Of a stretch of DNA of 64,000 bases, positions 9,132 through 17,499 are shown piece by piece. The stretch covers positions 16,958 to 80,957 of the forward strand of contig JAKFFA010000051.1 of assembly GCA_036675455.1 (NCBI GenBank), read 5' to 3'. The DNA is from Gemmatimonadaceae bacterium (GTDB lineage: Bacteria; Gemmatimonadota; Gemmatimonadetes; Gemmatimonadales; Gemmatimonadaceae). The translations under genes were made by a program, and so were the position numbers. The first letter of the stretch is position 1. The number at the start of each line of letters is the position of its first letter. Below the pieces are notes generated by a model. That model was given only the letters and a program-made list of their open reading frames with translations. It was not told where the DNA came from and did no database searches.

Positions 9132-9617
9132 ATGCGTCGCCTGGTCCTGCTATTCGTTGTCTGTCTCATACCGCTCGCGCCAGTCGCCGCGCAGTCCGCG
9201 GCACATGACAGCGTATACAAGGTGGTCACTGACTTGTTCGACTCGATGCGTGCGCGCGACACTTCGTCGATGCGCGCCGCGTTCACGTCGAATGCGTCGA
9301 TGCAGGCGCTCACGGCGGACAGCGTCGAGTTCGCGTCAGTGGATGGATGGATCAACTCGGTCGCGCGCGCGCGCCCCGGTGTGCTGCTCGACGAACGTCT
9401 CGCGAATCCGGTGGTGCAGGTGGATGGTGCGTTGGCGACGGTGTGGGTGGACTATTGGTTCTTCGTCGGCACGCGACAATCGCACTGCGGCGTCGATGCG
9501 TTCCAGCTACATAAGCAGAACGGACAGTGGCGCATCTTTTCTGTCGTGGACACTCGCCGAGCGATTGGCTGCCCGGACGCGCCGAATGGCACAAACGCCT
9601 CATTAATAGATGATTAG
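9132..9617 (+). CDS. Secreted NTF2/SnoaL-like protein
   Basis: Signal peptide; VQVDGALATVWVDYWF...SHCGVDAFQLHKQNGQWRI; GGAG RBS. Confidence 0.8.
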   Translation: MRRLVLLFVVCLIPLAPVAAQSAAHDSVYKVVTDLFDSMRARDTSSMRAAFTSNASMQALTADSVEFASVDGWINSVARARPGVLLDERLANPVVQVDGALATVWVDYWFFVGTRQSHCGVDAFQLHKQNGQWRIFSVVDTRRAIGCPDAPNGTNASLIDD

Positions 9618-9835
9618 TTTTACACAGATACTGACGATCCCGTTGGCGGCGGAAATGCCCACTGCATAACGGCTTACGCGTCCGAAAAGGGTCGGCACAG
9701 CAACGAATTTCGTGGGGTCGCACTGCGCAAAGTGCGGCCCCACTTGGATTTACGTCATTTTCGGTTAAGTTCCTCTCATTGCAAGTGTGCCGCGCCATTC
9801 CCGAGCGCGTCACGATGGACTCAGCCGGAGACCGA

Positions 9836-10045
9836 ATGCGGAAGCCACGTCCGAACTCGTACAACCCCGCGCAGGCACTCCACCTTATCGCGAGCGATCG
9901 CAACGGCGATCCGCTCAGCTGCCCGTCTTGCTCTGGTTCGATTGAGCGGGAGCCGGGCTCCGCACCTCCGCCGCCCCGCTCGCACGTGACGTTGAAGTGC
10001 GTCGGCTGCGGCCGCGTCGCCCGGTACATCGCCGGCGCCGCGTAA
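9836..10045 (+). CDS. Small zinc-ribbon protein
   Basis: CPSC and CVGC pairs; GGAG 5 nt before the ATG; lies just upstream of csp. Confidence 0.7.
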   Translation: MRKPRPNSYNPAQALHLIASDRNGDPLSCPSCSGSIEREPGSAPPPPRSHVTLKCVGCGRVARYIAGAA

Positions 10046-10081
10046 TCCTCTCTCACTCGCTCGCACAGGAGTACGCATCAG

Positions 10082-10288
10082 ATGTCGCGCATCACCGGCA
10101 CCGTGAAGTGGTTCAACGACGCGAAGGGTTTTGGCTTCATCGAACGTCAAGGCGGTCCCGATGTGTTCGTTCACTTCAGCGCGATCTCCGGCTCGGGCTT
10201 CAAGTCGCTGGCCGAAGGCGACAAGGTGGAGTTCGAGATCGTGGACGGGCAGAAAGGTCCCCAGGCGGCCAACGTCTCGAAGACCTGA
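10082..10288 (+). CDS. csp: Cold-shock protein (CspA family)
   Basis: [15 protein letters not shown] (RNP1), DVFVHFS (RNP2); AGGAG RBS. Confidence 0.97.
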   Translation: MSRITGTVKWFNDAKGFGFIERQGGPDVFVHFSAISGSGFKSLAEGDKVEFEIVDGQKGPQAANVSKT

Positions 10289-10320
10289 TCGGAACGCGTA
10301 ACAGCAAGGCCGGTTCGATC

Positions 10321-10364
10321 GAGACCCCCGCACACGCTGTGTGCGGGGGTCTCGCGCGTTCTGT
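10321..10364. terminator. Terminator hairpin between the convergent csp and nrtR genes
   Basis: GAGACCCCCGCACAC-GCT-GTGTGCGGGGGTCTC is a perfect 15-bp stem. Confidence 0.8.
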
Positions 10365-10383
10365 TCCCTGCCGACCGCGGCCG

Positions 10384-11112
10384 TCAGCCAAGCAGTTCGA
10401 ATCGCACGGGCCGCCGCGACGCACCGGTCGCACCCCGCTTCCGTTTGCGCGGCGCGTAGCGAAACAGTTGCGCCGGCCGTCCACGGCCCTCGGAGCGCCA
10501 CGCGCCTGTCGGCGTCACGAGATAGGCCCCCTGCAGAGCGCGGCGGAAGCTCGCCTTGTGCAGTGACCGGCCGAGCAACAGTTCATAGACCTGCTGCAGG
10601 TCGGAGAGCGTGAACACGGCCGGCAGCATGCGGAACGCCACCGGCGCGACATCCATGCGCTCGCGCAGCGTGATCAGCGCCGAGCGCAGCATCGCGCGCT
10701 GCCGCGGCGGAAGGCCGGCCTGCGTCTCGGCCGGGACCCACGCCATGCCTTCGGGCGCGTCCGTGTCGGCCGGCACGACGGCGAGGTACGCGACAGAGAG
10801 CGCGGCACGCGATGGATGCGCGCCGCCGCCGTTGAACGCGCCGAGTTGCGTGATCCAGGCCGGCGCCGCTCCCAGCACCGATCGTGCAAGGCGTGCGCCC
10901 GCGTCGTCGATGGTCGTGGAGCCGCCGGCCGTAAATGCGACCCACGGGAGTGTGCCCGTGCGGTCCGGATTCACGCTGCGGCGGGCGGTCTTGCCTCGCG
11001 CCGAGCCCGGCGCCGTCCGCAACACCGTGAGCCGGCCATCGAGGATACGGCAACACACGAAGTCGAGCGAGGTGGACGGCGACCCTGCGGTGGTGCGCTT
11101 GCTAGCCATCAA
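10384..11112 (-). CDS. nrtR: NrtR-family regulator (degenerate NUDIX plus wHTH)
   Basis: C-terminal FTLSDLQQVYELLLG...FRR...GRGRPAQLFRY; QLGAF and SVAYLA in the NUDIX-like part. Confidence 0.85.
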   Translation of the reverse strand: MMASKRTTAGSPSTSLDFVCCRILDGRLTVLRTAPGSARGKTARRSVNPDRTGTLPWVAFTAGGSTTIDDAGARLARSVLGAAPAWITQLGAFNGGGAHPSRAALSVAYLAVVPADTDAPEGMAWVPAETQAGLPPRQRAMLRSALITLRERMDVAPVAFRMLPAVFTLSDLQQVYELLLGRSLHKASFRRALQGAYLVTPTGAWRSEGRGRPAQLFRYAPRKRKRGATGASRRPVRFELLG

Positions 11113-11387
11113 TGAGAGATCGTACCCTGTTTCGAGGTGTCGACGTCATCCTCCTGCCCCTTCTTGAACAGGAACGCCTCCATGTTGCGCGTCAGGAACT
11201 GCCGCGCCTGGGGATCCATGACGTTGAGTCCGTAATGGTTGATGAGCATCGTTTGCTGCTTCAGCCACAGTTGCCAGCAGTCGGGGCAGGTGCCCTCAAG
11301 AATGCGCGCGCCGATGGCGCCGGGAAACGGCGGCCGCTCGAAGCCCGGCTTCGTCTCGCCGCAGCGCTGGCATTTGATGTCCGACAT
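11109..11387 (-). CDS. yggX: Fe(II)-trafficking / oxidative damage protection protein
   Basis: PPFPGAIGARI...CWQLWLKQQTMLINHYGLN...ARQFL...MEAFLF. Confidence 0.9.
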   Translation of the reverse strand: MSDIKCQRCGETKPGFERPPFPGAIGARILEGTCPDCWQLWLKQQTMLINHYGLNVMDPQARQFLTRNMEAFLFKKGQEDDVDTSKQGTISH

Positions 11388-11418
11388 GGTCACTCCGTGC
11401 ACTTCGTGAACCCGCAAT

Positions 11419-12393
11419 CTATCCGGAGGCGGGAGGCGAAGCTATGCGCGCATCACCGTCGCGGCGCGTCTCGCCACTCGACTCACCGCGCGATTCGTCA
11501 CGCGGCCCGCCACGCGGCTCGGGGAATCGCTCGGCCAACCAGCGCGCCGCGGTGGCGGCGACCTCTTGCCAGCCGTAGTCCACGGTCAGCACGTGTCCGG
11601 CGCCCTGCGTCCAAATCACCGTCTTGTCGTCCGAGCCGATGCGCGCGATCGCGCGCACCGACTGATCGCGCGGCAGCCGGTTGTCCTCTTCGGATTGGAT
11701 CACGAGCACGGGCACATGGATGAAGCCGAGTCGCGCGGTAGTATGGCGGCAGACCTTCTCGAGTGCCTCGAGCGAACGGCGGCTGGACGCGCCATAGGCG
11801 ATCATCGCGCGTGCGGCCTCCGGGTCGCGGATCGAGCGAGCGCCGCCGCCGCTCATGAATCGCGAGAAGAGCGACCACAGTCGTGCGGTTGTCACCGCAA
11901 TCTCCATCGGACGCGGCACGAACAGCATCGGCGCGAACAGCACGACGCCCGCTGCCTCCGATTCCGCGGCGAGCCAGCACGCAATCGCGCCGCCCATGGA
12001 GAGCCCACCGACGACCACGGTCGAGTGCGTCTCCCGCAGTGCGGTGTACTCCGCGCGCGCCGCCGTCAGCAGATCTTCGCGCGTCCATGAATCGAACGCG
12101 TCGAGCGAGCGTCCGTGGCCGGGCAACAGCGGCAGGCGCACCGTCCATCCGGATGCATGGATGACGCGCGCGACTTGGTCGAGGGACTGCGGCGAATCGT
12201 TGTAGCCGTGCAGCAGCAAGAGCGCGCGCCGGCCCGGCGCGTGGAACGTCCGCGGCTCGGCGCCGTCTACGATCTCGTCATCACCGGTGGGGAACCGCGT
12301 GCGGAAGCGCCCCGCGCGCCGGCTCGCGCGCAGCACGCGCTGTCCCCACACTAGCGCGGTCGCGCCCAGTCCCCACGCGATCGCCCCCAGCAC
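11419..12393 (-). CDS. Alpha/beta hydrolase (carboxylesterase-like) with N-terminal membrane anchor
   Basis: LLLHGY, LPGHG, GLSMGG nucleophile elbow, SEED, GAGH. Confidence 0.9.
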   Translation of the reverse strand: MLGAIAWGLGATALVWGQRVLRASRRAGRFRTRFPTGDDEIVDGAEPRTFHAPGRRALLLLHGYNDSPQSLDQVARVIHASGWTVRLPLLPGHGRSLDAFDSWTREDLLTAARAEYTALRETHSTVVVGGLSMGGAIACWLAAESEAAGVVLFAPMLFVPRPMEIAVTTARLWSLFSRFMSGGGARSIRDPEAARAMIAYGASSRRSLEALEKVCRHTTARLGFIHVPVLVIQSEEDNRLPRDQSVRAIARIGSDDKTVIWTQGAGHVLTVDYGWQEVAATAARWLAERFPEPRGGPRDESRGESSGETRRDGDARIASPPASG

Positions 12394-12395
12394 GC

Positions 12396-13583
12396 TCAGT
12401 AGCGCGCGACGCTGGGGTCCACGTCAACGCTCCATCGGTCGATGCCGCCGCCGAGATTGAGGACGCGCTTGAATCCGGCCGCGCGCAGATAGTCGGCAAC
12501 CATCGCGCTGCGCTGTCCGTGGTGACAGTACACAACCACCGTGCGGTCGCGCGGCAGCGCGCCATGCTGCGCCGGCACGGTCTGCATGGGCATCAGCGTC
12601 GCGCCCTCGATCTGCGCGATCTCGTGCTCCCACGGCTCGCGGACGTCGAGCACGAAGAGGTCATCGCCGCGCGCCAGGCGCACGGAGAGCGCGGCCGGCG
12701 CGATCTCGTGCGCGGCCACGTCATCGGAGTCTGCGGACGGCGCCGAGGCATGCGCATCGGCGCTGGCGCTGGCGTTAGCCGGGCTACCCTCACCGCAGAA
12801 CGCCGCGTAGTCGGCCAACAGCTCCGTGCGCGCGCGCGTGGCGCACCATGCGCAGTCCGGGTCGCGCTCCACGGCAATCTCGCGAAACCGCATGCCGAGC
12901 GTTTCGACGACCAACAGCCGTCCGCGCATCGGCTCGCCGATGCCGAGCGCGAGCTTGAGCGCCTCGGTCGCCTGCAGCATGCCCATGAGGCCGGGCAACA
13001 CGCCGAGCACGCCACCCTCCGCGCAGTTCGGCACGCTGCCGGCCGGCGGCGGCTCGGGATGCAGACACCGATAGCATGGGCCGTCGTCCGCGCCGAAGAC
13101 GCTGAGCTGCCCTTCGAAGCGATGGATGCTCGCGTGGATGTTCGGTCGCCGCTCTAGCACACAGGCATCGTTGACGAGGTAGCGCGTGGCAAACGAGTCC
13201 GTGCCGTCGAGCACCATGTCGTAGTCGCCGATGATGCCACGCGCATTGTCGCGCGTGAGCGTCACGTTCCACGTATCGAGACGCACATGCGGATTGAGCG
13301 CCTCGAGACGGTCGTGCGCGCTGTCCGTCTTGTCGCGGCCGACCGACGCGGTGTCATGCAGCACCTGGCGCTGCAGGTTGTGCACGGCGACGGTGTCGTG
13401 GTCGAGGAGGCCGAGCCGGCCGACACCGGCGGCGGCAAGGTAGAGCGCGGCGGGCGAGCCGAGTCCGCCCAGCCCGACGATGAGCGCGGACGACGCGCGC
13501 AACCGTTCTTGGCCCTCACGCCCGACTTGCGGCAACACGAGGTGTCGCGCGTAACGCTGGAGTTCGTCACCGGAGAGCGACAT
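12396..13583 (-). CDS. moeB: MoeB/MoeZ adenylyltransferase with C-terminal rhodanese domain
   Basis: RYARHL, GLGGLGSP, NLQRQ, CYRC, CAEGGVLG, DVREPWE, YCHHGQRS. Confidence 0.95.
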   Translation of the reverse strand: MSLSGDELQRYARHLVLPQVGREGQERLRASSALIVGLGGLGSPAALYLAAAGVGRLGLLDHDTVAVHNLQRQVLHDTASVGRDKTDSAHDRLEALNPHVRLDTWNVTLTRDNARGIIGDYDMVLDGTDSFATRYLVNDACVLERRPNIHASIHRFEGQLSVFGADDGPCYRCLHPEPPPAGSVPNCAEGGVLGVLPGLMGMLQATEALKLALGIGEPMRGRLLVVETLGMRFREIAVERDPDCAWCATRARTELLADYAAFCGEGSPANASASADAHASAPSADSDDVAAHEIAPAALSVRLARGDDLFVLDVREPWEHEIAQIEGATLMPMQTVPAQHGALPRDRTVVVYCHHGQRSAMVADYLRAAGFKRVLNLGGGIDRWSVDVDPSVARY

Positions 13584-13594
13584 CGCCGGAATAT

Positions 13595-13712
13595 ACGCGA
13601 GGGGGCAGCGCCGGTTCAGCCATCGAACCCGCGATGCCCCCTCGTGTCAGCGGGAGTGGTCCCGGAACCACCCCCGCTCTTCTCACCGGACGCACGAGCA
13701 CGTCCCGGAGAA
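13595..13712. other. Three abutting GC-rich hairpins in the M28-moeB intergenic region
   Basis: Stems at 13595-13647, 13649-13678 and 13680-13712, paired by eye. Confidence 0.6.
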
Positions 13713-13754
13713 ACGCATCAACTACTGCATGATCACCGCGCGCGCCGCCGTTCG

Positions 13755-15875
13755 CTACCTCGCAACTGCTTCGCGCGCCGCCTCGATCGCGGCGGTCGCG
13801 GCATCGAATCGCCGCACGAGATCTGCAAGTTCACTCGCGAACAACTCCTCGCTGCCGTAGCGGATCGCCTCGTTCACGCTTGGGAACACCATGGTCCCAT
13901 ATCCGTTATCGACGTCCGCGACATATATGAGATTCCTATACCAAGGCCGTGTGCGCAAGCCCTCCGGCCTCGTCATCGCGCGCTCGACGCGCATCAGCGC
14001 GGCGTTCGTGGCCTGCTGGGTCTCCAGCGAAACCGTGCCGCGCAGCGCCTCGTCGCGCGCCGCGTTGAACGCCAGAGCCGCGCGTTCCATGCGGTCGATC
14101 GCCTGTGCGAGCGGTTGCGAGGAGCCGTCCCATCCCTTGGTGCGCAGGTTCGCGTCGATCGGCTCGAGATACTGCCGCATCGTGCGGGCGAACTCCGCGT
14201 AGTCGTACGGCAGGATGTCCGCGTTCGCGAGACGCATCATCATCGCCGTGGCGATGCGCGCGGCTGCGGTGTGGTAGCGATACCCCGGATCGCCGAAGCG
14301 CTCCATGAACGTGTACGTGTCGTAGTTCGAGTGGTAGATGCCATTGCCACCGCCGAATCCCCAATCGGAATGCGGGATGCCGAGGTGATTGTAGAAGCCG
14401 GCAAAGTCAGAGCCGCCGCCCGGGTCGCCCATGCGCGGCTCCTCGCCCGCGGCCACGCGCGACCGCGCGCGCCACACGTCGTACACGCTGCCCTTGCCCG
14501 ATGGGTCATCCACGTGCTTCACGACGTCGCGCAGCACCGCACGCAATGTCGGCGTGCCGCCGCCGCCGAAATTGGGGCCGCTCGCGCTCACGTCCTGGTT
14601 CAAGTACGCGACGCCGCCGCGCATGAGCCGCAGCGAGTCGTCCTCGACGTATTCGGATGAACCCACCAGGCCCCACTCCTCCGCGTCCCATGTGGCGAAC
14701 AACAGCGTACGGCGCGGACGCCAGCCGTCGCGCATCTGCGCCGCGATCGCGCGGGCCGACTCCACGACGCTCGTCGTGCCGGAGACGTTGTCCACCGCGC
14801 CGGGACTCCACGCGTCACGGTGGCCACCGATCACGATGACCTCATCCGGGAAGTCGGTCCCGCGGATGATGCCGAACGTGTTCCAGATCTTCTTGTACTC
14901 GACCGTCGCGGTGTCGCTCTTCACGAGCACCCGGGCGCGCACGGGCCCCGGCCCCACGTGATACCGGAACGCGAGCCCGCCCTGCCACGACTGCGGGATC
15001 GACGCGCCGCCCACATCGCGCAGCAGCTCCGTGGCGTTGCCGTACGAGAGCGGCAGCACCGGAATGCGCGGCACCGGCATGGAATCGAGCGGCACGCGCG
15101 GCGCACCGGCCGTGGAGGGATAGCCCGGCGTGCTCGGGTCGCCGGCGCCGTTCATCACGCTGCCGCGTTGCACACCGCGCGCGTTGCGATATGGCCCTTC
15201 CGGATACACCTCGCCGCGCACGTAGCCGTCATCGGCGGGGTCCGAGTACATGAGCAGCGCGAGCGCGCCACGCTTCTCGGCCTCGCGCGCCTTGATGCCG
15301 CGGAAGGAACGGCCGTAGCGCGCGATCGCGATCTTGCCGCGCACGGACACGCCGATCGAGTCGAGTTGCTCGTAGTCCTCGATAAGTCCGTAGTTGACGT
15401 ACACCACTTCGCCGGTGGCGTCGCCGGTGCCGCTGTAGCCGTTGACGGTCGGGTACTCGGCATGCTCGACGGTGGTCGGGTCCGACGGCGTTGACCCTTC
15501 GCGCAGGTCGAGCTCCTGCGGGTCGGGCGCGATGCGCCAGACGCCGTACTCGACCGTGTGCGGCAGCCAGACTTCGTATTCACGCACCTCCGTCTCGAGG
15601 CCGTACTCCTTGAGCGCGTCAATGACGATGTCGCGTGTGCGGGCCTGCGCGGGCGTGCCGGCGACGTGCGGCCGATCGGCAAGCGCGCGTGCCAGGGCCT
15701 TGATGCGCGCGGAATCCGGCCGGGCGATCGCGGCGGCCTCGGCCGCGCGCTCGGCGTCGGCGCGCGCGGCCGTGTAGCCCGTCATCTGCTGTGCGGAGAT
15801 CGACGCGTACCGCGTGCCGGCGAGCGGCGCGCCGACCAGCGCCGCGGCGGTCGCGAGGAGGATGCGAAGGTTCAT
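13755..15875 (-). CDS. M28 peptidase, glutamate carboxypeptidase II / transferrin-receptor-like (PA domain)
   Basis: Signal peptide; PA domain (YVNYG...IARYG...RG.K); GGHRDAW, GAVDNVSG, WDAEEWGLVGS, YHSNYD. Confidence 0.92.
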   Translation of the reverse strand: MNLRILLATAAALVGAPLAGTRYASISAQQMTGYTAARADAERAAEAAAIARPDSARIKALARALADRPHVAGTPAQARTRDIVIDALKEYGLETEVREYEVWLPHTVEYGVWRIAPDPQELDLREGSTPSDPTTVEHAEYPTVNGYSGTGDATGEVVYVNYGLIEDYEQLDSIGVSVRGKIAIARYGRSFRGIKAREAEKRGALALLMYSDPADDGYVRGEVYPEGPYRNARGVQRGSVMNGAGDPSTPGYPSTAGAPRVPLDSMPVPRIPVLPLSYGNATELLRDVGGASIPQSWQGGLAFRYHVGPGPVRARVLVKSDTATVEYKKIWNTFGIIRGTDFPDEVIVIGGHRDAWSPGAVDNVSGTTSVVESARAIAAQMRDGWRPRRTLLFATWDAEEWGLVGSSEYVEDDSLRLMRGGVAYLNQDVSASGPNFGGGGTPTLRAVLRDVVKHVDDPSGKGSVYDVWRARSRVAAGEEPRMGDPGGGSDFAGFYNHLGIPHSDWGFGGGNGIYHSNYDTYTFMERFGDPGYRYHTAAARIATAMMMRLANADILPYDYAEFARTMRQYLEPIDANLRTKGWDGSSQPLAQAIDRMERAALAFNAARDEALRGTVSLETQQATNAALMRVERAMTRPEGLRTRPWYRNLIYVADVDNGYGTMVFPSVNEAIRYGSEELFASELADLVRRFDAATAAIEAAREAVAR

Positions 15876-15929
15876 GAGGATCTGGGAAAGTGCGGGGAAA
15901 AGTGGGGACGATCGTCGAGCGGTTGTTAT

Positions 15930-16832
15930 CTACAGCAGGCCGTGAACCTCACGCCCAACGCGTCCGTCGAACTCCTGCGTCGTCTTGTAGCGCTCAAAGC
16001 GCCCGTCACCGGCCGCCGTGCGCGCCTTCTGACGCACGGCGTCCATCTCGCCGGGGTGGAACGCCTTGAAGCCCGCCGCGCAGCGCAGCGTCTTGCGCAA
16101 AGTAGCGACCGAGTCGCATCCCGCGAGAACTGAACTCACGGGCAGCGACCACGCGTAGCGCAGCGCATCCTCGGCCTTCACCACACGGCAACCGGGAATC
16201 GCGCCGCCGGCGAGCGGCTTGGTGCCGATCACGGCGCCGCCGCGCTTGATGACCTCGGGCAGGACCTGCTTCTCGAACGAGCGGTACGACGCGTCGAACG
16301 GATTGAGCGGCATGAGCACCGCATCCCACTCGAACCCGCGCGCGAGCAGGCGCAGGGCGATATGCGGCGACTTCTCGCCGTGGAAGGCGATCCAGCGCAC
16401 GCGGCCCTGATCGCGCGCCTCCTGCGCGGCGTCCAGCCCGCCGTGGTCGTACATCCAGTCCGGGTCGTTGTCATAGATGACTTCATGAAACGACCACATG
16501 TCAATCCGGTCCGTGCGCAACAGTTGCAAGGTGGACTCGAGTTGCATCATGGCCGTCTTGTAATCGCGCTGATGGGCGCAGCACTGCCAGAGCAGTTGCA
16601 CCCGGTCGCGATACCCATCGCGCAATGCGAGTCCCATCCAGCGCTCCGCGCGGCCATCCCCATACTCGGGCGCGAGCTCGATCAGTGTCACGCCGTTGTC
16701 GATGGCCGTGCGCACAAGCCGGATCGTCGCTTGCTGTCCCGCTGCCGCCAGGCGTCGCGTGCCGAGTCCGAGGATGCTCGTCGCGCCGCTTCCCAGCGCA
16801 CGCTGCTCGATGGTCGATTGGGATCTGGTCAT
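15930..16832 (-). CDS. Aldo/keto reductase family protein (catalytic tetrad appears degenerate)
   Basis: LGLGT, AIDNGV...YGDG, LRTDRIDMWSFH, KPLAGG. Confidence 0.8.
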   Translation of the reverse strand: MTRSQSTIEQRALGSGATSILGLGTRRLAAAGQQATIRLVRTAIDNGVTLIELAPEYGDGRAERWMGLALRDGYRDRVQLLWQCCAHQRDYKTAMMQLESTLQLLRTDRIDMWSFHEVIYDNDPDWMYDHGGLDAAQEARDQGRVRWIAFHGEKSPHIALRLLARGFEWDAVLMPLNPFDASYRSFEKQVLPEVIKRGGAVIGTKPLAGGAIPGCRVVKAEDALRYAWSLPVSSVLAGCDSVATLRKTLRCAAGFKAFHPGEMDAVRQKARTAAGDGRFERYKTTQEFDGRVGREVHGLL

Positions 16833-16865
16833 CGTTGGGCAGGTGGAGTGTGAGGGACGACGTCG

Positions 16866-17438
16866 CTACTCCTCGAAGGAGTCAGCGGCCTCGGTGGCGA
16901 TGCGCAGCAAGGCCCGGTCGGAATTCTCGCCCACGGGGAGGCCGGGCGCGAGCAGGGAGAGCTGGCGGCGCATTTCGTCCTCGACGAATTCCGGCGTCGT
17001 CGGCGCCCCGAGGGACTCCAAGGTCCGCACCGCCAAGTGCCTGAGCGCCGTGCGCGTTTCGGCGCTAAGTCCTTGGTACGCCGACTCGTCGACTGCCGGC
17101 GGCCGGTGCGCGGAGCGCGACCGCTTGGGCGCCTCGAACAGCGCGGTGACGGGCGCGAGGCTCACCACGAACGAGCCCTCATTCCGGTCGCTGACGCCAC
17201 GAATCACGCCGAGCCGCTTGAGCCGCGTGAACAGCCGCTCCACCGCCGGGCGCAGGACGGCCACGCCGTCCTCGCTGCGCCGGCCGCGACCGGTGATGAC
17301 CAGCACGTCGCCGGCGCGCGCCATCTGGCGCTCGCGCAACCATGCCTCGGTACGTCGCACCGCCTCGTCGGCGCTCGGCAGCGCCGTATGGAGGTCAAGC
17401 GTGTTCGCCGGTCCGAACAGGTGGTGGTCAGACATCAC
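16866..17438 (-). CDS. Stand-alone Smr-domain protein
   Basis: TLDLH...VLVITGRGRRS...VLRPAV...NEGSFVV. Confidence 0.85.
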   Translation of the reverse strand: MMSDHHLFGPANTLDLHTALPSADEAVRRTEAWLRERQMARAGDVLVITGRGRRSEDGVAVLRPAVERLFTRLKRLGVIRGVSDRNEGSFVVSLAPVTALFEAPKRSRSAHRPPAVDESAYQGLSAETRTALRHLAVRTLESLGAPTTPEFVEDEMRRQLSLLAPGLPVGENSDRALLRIATEAADSFEE

Positions 17439-17499
17439 GCCTCAAGGGTGAGCCGCGGACATGCCGGCGACCAGCCGTGCGGTCGACGAAGGAACGCCG

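Noticed and set aside
13265-13280. CGTTCCACGTATCGAG as an extra parS site
   Set aside because: Only the left half matches and it lies within moeB coding sequence.
13584-13754. Moco or TPP riboswitch upstream of moeB
   Set aside because: No recognisable consensus (for example no TPP CUGAGA), and moeB appears leaderless from TATATT; the hairpins are reported as unassigned.
15883-15910. GGGAAAGTGCGGGGAAAAGTGGGG as MraZ boxes or a G4
   Set aside because: The spacing is not the 10-bp GTGGG period, no dcw cluster is adjacent, and there are only three G-runs.
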